From the NCBI GenBank assembly GCA_963723585.1, contig CAVRRJ010000004.1, positions 88,591-152,590 of the forward strand: a stretch of DNA of 64,000 bases. The letters are read 5' to 3'. Both the position numbers and the translations under genes were made by a program. Under the pieces are notes generated by a model, which made no database searches, was not told where the DNA came from, and worked only from the letters and a program-made list of their open reading frames with translations. The DNA comes from an uncultured Solirubrobacterales bacterium. Lineage in GTDB: Bacteria > Actinomycetota > Thermoleophilia > Solirubrobacterales > Solirubrobacteraceae. Each line of letters begins with the position of its first letter. Within the stretch, counting starts at the first letter, position 1. This document shows positions 54,669-61,344 of the stretch, one piece after another.

Positions 54669-55912
54669 CCTTCGTAGGGGGCCAGCACGGCTCGCCGCTC
54701 GGGAAAGCGGGAGTCTGGATCAACAGTGAGCACGCGCAGTGCGGCCTCGGGACCAGCCGCTACCCGGGCCTGACGGATCGCCTCGCGCAGCCGAGCGGCG
54801 CGCGCCGCCCCCGGCGCCTCGAGCAGCGCGCGCTGGTCGCTGGCCGGTGGCCCGAAGCGCGCGACGGCCAGCCTGAGCGTCTCCGCCGGAGCGGGCAGCA
54901 GGGCGAGCCGGGGGACCAGGGCCAGACGCATGCGGAGGGAATCCGACAGGGCCTCGCGGAACACGACCTGCTCGCGCCAGGTTCCCCCCTGCTCGACCAG
55001 GACGGCGGAGAGGACCACCGCACGCAGCGTCCGCCCCCTCCGCTCGTGCCGGGCCAGCAGACGATCGATGAGCAGGCCGAGTCCGCGTTCCAGCTGCACC
55101 CCCGATCCCGCTTCGGGAAGCTCGAGGATCTCGCGGAGAAATTCCCCGGGCGGCCGCGGGCTGAGCGCGCTGTCTCCTCCGCTGGCCAGCTTATGGGCCA
55201 GCAGACCGGCCTGCCCGAAGCGATCGGCCAGCGTTGCGGCGGGGAGGGCGGCGAGCTCGCCGAGGGTTCCCACGCCCAGGCGCTCGAGCGCCTCGGGCAG
55301 CTCGGTCAGCGCGGGGCGGGCACGCAGAAGAGCGACGGGCAACGGGGCTAGGTAGGCCCGGGCCAGCGCCCGGCCATCCAACCGCCGTCCGAGTCCCGCC
55401 CGCCTCAAAACGATCTCGGGTCGCCGGGATCGGGCGCGAGTGGCGGCGGCCACGGCGGCGAAGCGCGACGGGGCCACCCCGAAGCGAGCCGGTATGCGCA
55501 GGGCGCGCCGGGCCGCTGCCAGCACTCCGGCCAGCTGCTCGCTCTCATCCCCCGCCGGCGTCCTCCCGCCGTGTAGGCGCAGCAGCCCCCCGGTGTCGAA
55601 GCAGGCCAGGCCCGGGCGCTCAGGCTCCACCGCCGCCCCCATCGATTCCAGCCTGACCAGCAGCCGCTCCCACCGATCCGCAACCCCTGCGGGATCGGGG
55701 GGCACGAGAGTCAGTTCCGGACAGCGCGCCAGGGACTCTCCGAGCCGGAGCCCGGGCCGAACTCCGAACGCCTCGGCGGCCGGCGAGACCTCCCCAACCT
55801 GCTGGGCCCCGCCCGGCTCGGGCGCGAGCGCCGACGGCGCCTGAAGCAGCTCGCTACGGTCGCCGATGGCGGTGGTGAGGGCAAAGCGGGGAAGCAGGAC
55901 GCAGGCGATCAT
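54665..55912 (-). CDS. imuB: ImuB-like Y-family polymerase homologue
   Basis: MIACV, SPAAEAFGVRPG...LARCP, LERLGVGTLGELAAL, RFG; catalytic DE motif not seen. Confidence 0.85.
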   Translation of the reverse strand: MIACVLLPRFALTTAIGDRSELLQAPSALAPEPGGAQQVGEVSPAAEAFGVRPGLRLGESLARCPELTLVPPDPAGVADRWERLLVRLESMGAAVEPERPGLACFDTGGLLRLHGGRTPAGDESEQLAGVLAAARRALRIPARFGVAPSRFAAVAAATRARSRRPEIVLRRAGLGRRLDGRALARAYLAPLPVALLRARPALTELPEALERLGVGTLGELAALPAATLADRFGQAGLLAHKLASGGDSALSPRPPGEFLREILELPEAGSGVQLERGLGLLIDRLLARHERRGRTLRAVVLSAVLVEQGGTWREQVVFREALSDSLRMRLALVPRLALLPAPAETLRLAVARFGPPASDQRALLEAPGAARAARLREAIRQARVAAGPEAALRVLTVDPDSRFPERRAVLAPYEG

Positions 55913-55925
55913 GACGAACGTATGT

Positions 55926-57255
55926 CCTTACTCGATTTGAGTGGATATGTCCGGGTGCAGGGATAACGTGGCCGGACGATGGAAGTCCCTGAGTGCCCGG
56001 TCCCTGAGCACGCGGGTTCGAAGGTGGTTCGGGGTGGCTGGTATGGCAAGGCGCCCCATCGGCGTCAGCGGTGGGTGTGTCGGCCGGTCAACGGGGATGT
56101 CAAGCATCGGTTCACGCCGGTCCTGACGCGTCAGGGGGAGCCGCACCCGTTCTGCGTTGAGTGCTCGACGGGGTTGGAGCCGTGGGAGGGCCAGGCGGGC
56201 GCGCGGGAGTATCGATTCGCGGCCCGTGAGGTCGGCGATGCGTTGGTCTCGGCCGCGCATGGGACGAGCTATCGAGCGGCGGCGGAGATCGCGCGCCAGA
56301 AGGCGAGGCGAGTCCCGCCGCCTAGACCGCGACGGCGTCGCTCGGCCGCCAACGAGGGGCAGCTGGTCGCTAACTGGATCGATGTGTGCAGCGAGCTGGT
56401 GTGCGCGGGGGAGCTGCCTGACCGGTGGCCCGAGACGCTGCTGATCGACAGCCAGAACTTCCGGGTCAAAAGCGGCCCAAACGCTGGGCGTGGCTTTCAT
56501 GTTTTCGCGGCGGTCGGGCGCGATCCAGGCCAGCCGGGTCGATGGGCGTCGACCCCGCGGGTGTGGCGTGTTGCGCCCTATGCGCACCGCGATCAGGCGG
56601 CCTGGGAGGCGTTCCTCGGCGCGCTTGACGGGGCTCCCAGAGTGATCGTGACCGACGCCGACCACGCCCTGGCCCTGGCGGTCAAAAGCGTGTTCGCCGA
56701 GGCCACCGTCGAGCATCGCCTGTGCGAATGGCACCTGGGACGCAAGCTGCGATACCACCTCCCTGAGGAGCTGCTCGCTGACGTCGGGCATCCGGTCACA
56801 CGCGCGCTGCCGGACGCGTTTCGCAGCCCACAAGCTTGGAGCGCGCTGGACTACGCAATCCGAGAAGAGCACACCTCCGGTGTGCACGGGCCGCTGGCGC
56901 TCGCGGTCAAGTGGCTGGAGACCTACGGCCAGACCGCCAAGGCCCAGACGATCACCCGCAACCCGTTCGGGATCAACTCGACCGGCCCAGTCGAGCAGGT
57001 CCTGCGCGAGATCGACCGCCGGATCGGCGACCGCGTCGGCTCGTTCACCAACCGCACCCGCCTGGCCAAGCTGCTTGACCTCATGACCCTCGACATGCAC
57101 GGCAAAGCCGACGGGCGCGAGTGGGCCGACCGCCTGCGCGAACGCCTCTACCTCGCCGGCGGGCGCCCCGCCAACCAGCGACCACACGACGACCGCAAAG
57201 GCGTCCACTCGCTGTTTGTCTGAGGGCGAAAACGTATCCATCCGAATCGAGTAGG
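55926..57255 (+). mobile_element. Insertion sequence (~1330 bp) inserted in the imuB SOS box
   Basis: Terminal IR cores 55929-55950 and 57232-57253 (18/22 identity); direct repeat AACGTATGT at 55917-55925 and 57256-57264; single transposase ORF. Confidence 0.88.
55979..57223 (+). CDS. MULE/IS256-superfamily-like DDE transposase with N-terminal Zn-ribbon
   Basis: LLIDS (D), IVTDAD (D), CEWH (CxxH), STGPVEQ (E); N-terminal CPVPEH...C...H and CVEC. Confidence 0.85.
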   Translation: MEVPECPVPEHAGSKVVRGGWYGKAPHRRQRWVCRPVNGDVKHRFTPVLTRQGEPHPFCVECSTGLEPWEGQAGAREYRFAAREVGDALVSAAHGTSYRAAAEIARQKARRVPPPRPRRRRSAANEGQLVANWIDVCSELVCAGELPDRWPETLLIDSQNFRVKSGPNAGRGFHVFAAVGRDPGQPGRWASTPRVWRVAPYAHRDQAAWEAFLGALDGAPRVIVTDADHALALAVKSVFAEATVEHRLCEWHLGRKLRYHLPEELLADVGHPVTRALPDAFRSPQAWSALDYAIREEHTSGVHGPLALAVKWLETYGQTAKAQTITRNPFGINSTGPVEQVLREIDRRIGDRVGSFTNRTRLAKLLDLMTLDMHGKADGREWADRLRERLYLAGGRPANQRPHDDRKGVHSLFV

Positions 57256-57267
57256 AACGTATGTTCG
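57254..57267. promoter_or_regulatory. LexA box regenerated at the right IS junction
   Basis: GGAAC-GTAT-GTTCG keeps the GAAC-N4-GTTC core. Confidence 0.75.
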
Positions 57268-57341
57268 CATACGGTGCGGACGGCCTGCCTCCCGGGGAGC
57301 GCGAATGTTTCGTCCGGAGCGTCGGGCACGATGCTCGCCCC

Positions 57342-59012
57342 GTGCCACCTCTCCGTCCCCCCACCAACCGCTCCGGCCTGCGCGAATGGCAGCGTCGCGC
57401 GATGATGGCGATGGCCGCCTGGCGCGAGGGCCCGTTCCTGCTCTCAGCCGCGCCCGGGTCCGGCAAGACCCGACCCGCGCTCGAGTTCGCCCGTGAACAG
57501 CTGAGGAGCGGCGCGGCCAGCGCCGTCGTCGTGGCCTGTCCGACGGCGCCGCTCACTCGCCAGTGGGCCCGGGCGGCCGACGGGATCGGCCTCGACCTCG
57601 CCCCCGATACCGGCACGCCGCGCGCACCGAGCGGCTTCCACGGGGTCGCGGTCACCTACGCGCGGATCGCCAAAGCGCCGCTGCGCTGGGCCGAGGCGCT
57701 ACCTCGCCGCGTCCTGGTCATCGCCGACGAGGCCCACCATCTCGGTGAGGATCTGAGCTGGGGGGTGGGATTCACCCGGGCCTTCGGCTCGGACGCCCGC
57801 TGGCTGCTGCTGTCCGGTACCCCGTTTCGCTCCGACGCGACCCCGATCCCGGGCGTCCGCTACGACAGGGAGGGCCTGGCCGAGCCCGACGTGACCTACA
57901 ACTACGCCGAAGCTGTGGCCGACCGGATCTGCCGTCCGGTGTGCTTCGTGGCCTACGACGGGACGCTGTCCTGGCGCAGCGGCGAGGACGTGATCGAATC
58001 GAGCTTCGAGACCGTGCTCAGCACGCGTGAGGCCAGCCGCCGCTACCGCACGGCCATCTCCACCGAACTGCCCGATGGGCTGCTCCGCATTCTGCGCGAA
58101 GCCGACGCCCGGCTCCGGACGCTTCGCGGGCAGGGCCACCGCGATGCCGGGGGGCTGGTCATAGCCGCCGACTCCGAGCACGCCCGCCGGATCGCCCAGC
58201 TGCTCAAGCAGGTGACCGGACGGGTACCCCTGGTCGTCCTGCACGCGGAGCCACGGGCGGCGGCCAAGCTCGCTGCGTTCACCCGCTCCACCGATCCCTG
58301 GATCGTGGCCGTGAACATGGTCTCCGAAGGGGTGGACATCCCCCGACTTCGAGTCGGGGTCTACGCCACGGCGGCCAAGACGCCACTCATCTTCCGCCAG
58401 ATCGTGGGCCGCTTCGTGCGGACGACGCCGGATCAACCGCCCGGTCCGGTCGAGCCGAGCTGGCTCTACGTACCCGCTGACCCGGTGCTGCGTGACCATG
58501 CCGCCACGATCGAGCAGGAGGTGCGGCGCGCCCTACGCGCCCCGGGCGAACCGACTGAGGCGCCGGAGCTGGAGCGCGCTGCCCGCCGCGAGTCCGAGCG
58601 CGGGGCCGAGATCGAGTTCGTCCCCCTGGCCGCCGACGTGGCACCCCAGTTGTCGCTGTTCGGAGCGCCGTCCCCAGGTCCGCGGCCGGTAGGGGTCGCG
58701 CCCTGGGCCCGGGCCCCGCTCGGTGCCACGGGCGCCAGGGGGGCAAGGGGCGCACCGGTCGATCCGGAGTCCAGCTCTCCGGCGCGCGGGCGCGAGGAGC
58801 GCGAGATTCCGGCGTTTGAGCGGCGAGCGCGGCTGCGCGACGAGCGACACCGGCTCGTCTCCGAGGTGCGCCGGCGTGACGGAACCAGTCATCGGGAGAT
58901 CAACGCCTGGCTGAATCGCAAGTTGGGCATCACGAGCGTCGAGCAGGCCACCCTGGCCGAGCTCGAGCGTTCGGTCGAGCTGTTGGTACGCAAGCTGACC
59001 GCCCGGCGCTGA
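57342..59012 (+). CDS. SF2 DEAD/DEAH-box (ResIII-like) helicase; start uncertain (57261 or 57342)
   Basis: LREWQ, APGSGKT, DEAHH, SGTPFRSD, SEGVDIP, QIVGRFVR. Confidence 0.9.
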   Translation: MPPLRPPTNRSGLREWQRRAMMAMAAWREGPFLLSAAPGSGKTRPALEFAREQLRSGAASAVVVACPTAPLTRQWARAADGIGLDLAPDTGTPRAPSGFHGVAVTYARIAKAPLRWAEALPRRVLVIADEAHHLGEDLSWGVGFTRAFGSDARWLLLSGTPFRSDATPIPGVRYDREGLAEPDVTYNYAEAVADRICRPVCFVAYDGTLSWRSGEDVIESSFETVLSTREASRRYRTAISTELPDGLLRILREADARLRTLRGQGHRDAGGLVIAADSEHARRIAQLLKQVTGRVPLVVLHAEPRAAAKLAAFTRSTDPWIVAVNMVSEGVDIPRLRVGVYATAAKTPLIFRQIVGRFVRTTPDQPPGPVEPSWLYVPADPVLRDHAATIEQEVRRALRAPGEPTEAPELERAARRESERGAEIEFVPLAADVAPQLSLFGAPSPGPRPVGVAPWARAPLGATGARGARGAPVDPESSSPARGREEREIPAFERRARLRDERHRLVSEVRRRDGTSHREINAWLNRKLGITSVEQATLAELERSVELLVRKLTARR

Positions 59013-59259
59013 GTCCGGCCGAGCCGCTGAGGAGACCCTCGTCGGAACCCGGGCGACAGGGTGGCTTGGAGTCAGATGAGACCCGTGGCGGACACGAAAT
59101 GACTCCGAGTCGGCAGGATGCTCGCCGCGGCAGGCTCGCCGCGAGAGCGTCCGCCGCGGAAGCGCCGGCCGTGGACGCCCACGTGGCCGAGCTATATGCT
59201 CGCCCCAGGTGTTCCGTCCCGCCCGCGCGATCAAGCGTGTCCGGGCAGATTCCTGAGCC

Positions 59260-60234
59260 ATGCCTCCCGACCTGAGCGATCTGCCCGATCTGACCGACCT
59301 CGCGGTCGGCTCGCTGCGCACGCTGCGGGCCTTCGGCCAGCGCATCCCTCAGGCCGGAGGCCTGCTGGCCGGCTCACTGTCTCGGAGTGTCGGGGGCCGG
59401 ACGGTGATGATCACCGGCGCCTCGTCGGGTATCGGCGAGGCCACCGCGCGGGAGGTGGGAAAGGCCGGCGGGGTCGTGCTCCTGGTGGCGCGCACCCAGG
59501 AGAAGCTCGAGGCACTGGCCGATGACGTGCGCGAGGCCGGCGGCGAGGCCCACGCCCATCCTTGCGACCTGACCGATCCCGACGACGTGGACCGAATGGC
59601 CAATGAGGTGCTGCGCGAGTACGGGCAGGTGGACGTGCTGGTCAACAATGCCGGCAAGTCCATCCGCCGCTCGGTCAACCGGTCCTACGACCGCTTCCAC
59701 GACTACCAGCGCACGATGCAGCTGAACTACTTCGCGCCGGTGAAGCTGATCCTCGATCTCCTGCCGGTCATGCGCCGCCAGGGCTCAGGACACATCATCA
59801 ACGTCTCGACGATCGGCCTCCAGATCAACACGCCGCGGTTCGCCGCCTACCTCGCCTCGAAGGCTGCCCTGGATGCGTTCGCGCGCTCCATCGGACCGGA
59901 GATCATCGGCGACGGTGTACACGTGACCACCGTCTACATGCCCCTGGTGCGAACGCCGATGATCGCTCCGACCAAGATCTACGACCGCCTCCCCACGCTC
60001 AGCCCGGAACAGGCCGCGCAGATGATCTGCGAGGCGATCCGCAAGCGGCCCAAGAAGGTGGCCACAGCGCTCGGGAACCTCGGCCAGCTGACGTACGCGA
60101 TCGCGCCCGGCGCTCAGGACCTGGTGGTCAACCGGGCCTACCAGCTGTTCCCCGAGGGTGGGGAGAGCCAGGATCGGGTGAGGCAGGCCGAACAGCGCGC
60201 CTTCGCCCAGGCCACCCGCGGCGTGCACTGGTAG
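59260..60234 (+). CDS. SDR family oxidoreductase (fatty acyl-CoA reductase-like)
   Basis: TGASSGIG, NNAG, YLASK, MPLVRTPMI. Confidence 0.92.
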   Translation: MPPDLSDLPDLTDLAVGSLRTLRAFGQRIPQAGGLLAGSLSRSVGGRTVMITGASSGIGEATAREVGKAGGVVLLVARTQEKLEALADDVREAGGEAHAHPCDLTDPDDVDRMANEVLREYGQVDVLVNNAGKSIRRSVNRSYDRFHDYQRTMQLNYFAPVKLILDLLPVMRRQGSGHIINVSTIGLQINTPRFAAYLASKAALDAFARSIGPEIIGDGVHVTTVYMPLVRTPMIAPTKIYDRLPTLSPEQAAQMICEAIRKRPKKVATALGNLGQLTYAIAPGAQDLVVNRAYQLFPEGGESQDRVRQAEQRAFAQATRGVHW

Positions 60235-60256
60235 GGCCCCGGCCCGAGCCGGCCGG

Positions 60257-61162
60257 TCAGGCCATGAGCGCGGCGAACGCGGCGGCCCCGATGTTGGCCC
60301 CGGAGAGGACCACGCCGACCGAGGCGCCGCCCACCGTCACCGTGCCCGCCAGCAGCGCCGCCAGGGCGCAGGCGCCGCTCGGCTCGGTGACCAGCTTCGC
60401 CCGCTCGAACAGCAGCCGCATCGCGTCGACGATCTGAGCGTCGGAGACCGTCACCACCTCGTCGACCAGCCGCTGGATGACCGGCCAGGTGAGCTCCCCC
60501 GGGGAGGCGGTCTGCTGACCGTCGGCGATCGTCGGGCCCACGTTCACCCGCTCGCGCTGGCCACTGGCCAGTGAGCGGGCCACGTCGTCTGAGGCCTGGG
60601 GCTCGACGCCGATCACGCGAGTACGCGGGGAAAGCGACCCCAGAACCGTGGCCATGCCGGCGATCAGCCCGCCGCCGCCGACGGGCACGACGACGGCGTC
60701 GAGACCGGCCGGAACCTGCTCGAGCAGCTCCAGGGCCACCGTCCCCTGTCCGGCCATGACCCGCAGGTCGTCGAACGGGTGGATCAGCTCGAGGCCGCGC
60801 TCAGTGGCCAGTGTGCGCACGAGCTGCTCGCGATCATCGCGGTAGCGGTCGAACTCGATCACCTCGGCCCCGTAGCCCTCAGTGGCGGCCCGCTTGAGTT
60901 CGGGTGCGTCGGCGGGCATCAGGATCACCGCGCGGGTCCCACACAACCGGGAGGCCAGGGCGACGGCTTGGGCGTGGTTGCCCGAGGACACGGCGCAGAC
61001 ACCACGCCGGAGCGCGCCGGGGTCCAGGCTCGAGATCGCGTTGTACGCGCCGCGGAACTTGAACGCACCGCCGCGCTGGAAGCCCTCGACCTTGAGCGCG
61101 AGCTCCGCGCCGCAAGCCGCGTCGAGCGCACGGGAGCGGAGCACCGGGGTGCGGTGGGCCAC
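60257..61162 (-). CDS. Threonine/serine dehydratase (PLP), no ACT domain; frame stays open upstream through a (TP)n tract
   Basis: KVEGFQRGGAFKFRG, SSGNHAQ, GGGGL, EPSGA. Confidence 0.9.
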   Translation of the reverse strand: MAHRTPVLRSRALDAACGAELALKVEGFQRGGAFKFRGAYNAISSLDPGALRRGVCAVSSGNHAQAVALASRLCGTRAVILMPADAPELKRAATEGYGAEVIEFDRYRDDREQLVRTLATERGLELIHPFDDLRVMAGQGTVALELLEQVPAGLDAVVVPVGGGGLIAGMATVLGSLSPRTRVIGVEPQASDDVARSLASGQRERVNVGPTIADGQQTASPGELTWPVIQRLVDEVVTVSDAQIVDAMRLLFERAKLVTEPSGACALAALLAGTVTVGGASVGVVLSGANIGAAAFAALMA

Positions 61163-61344
61163 GCCATCGAGACGGAGCGCGGCGGCGCGAATGTCGCTCG
61201 GCGTCGGAGTCGGCGTCGGGGTCGGGGTCGGGGTCAGTGTGTCGGGGTCGACGTCAGGGGCCGGAGTCGGGGGCGCGCCGGGCAGATCCGGCGGCCGGCG
61301 GGCGAATTTGTCCGGCCGGCGCTGTGCACCTGCGCCGCGATGGG

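Noticed and set aside
57261-57263. ATG at 57261 as the helicase start (likewise 50475 for dnaE2)
   Set aside because: Both ATGs lie inside the SOS-box palindrome; downstream starts fit the domain boundaries better
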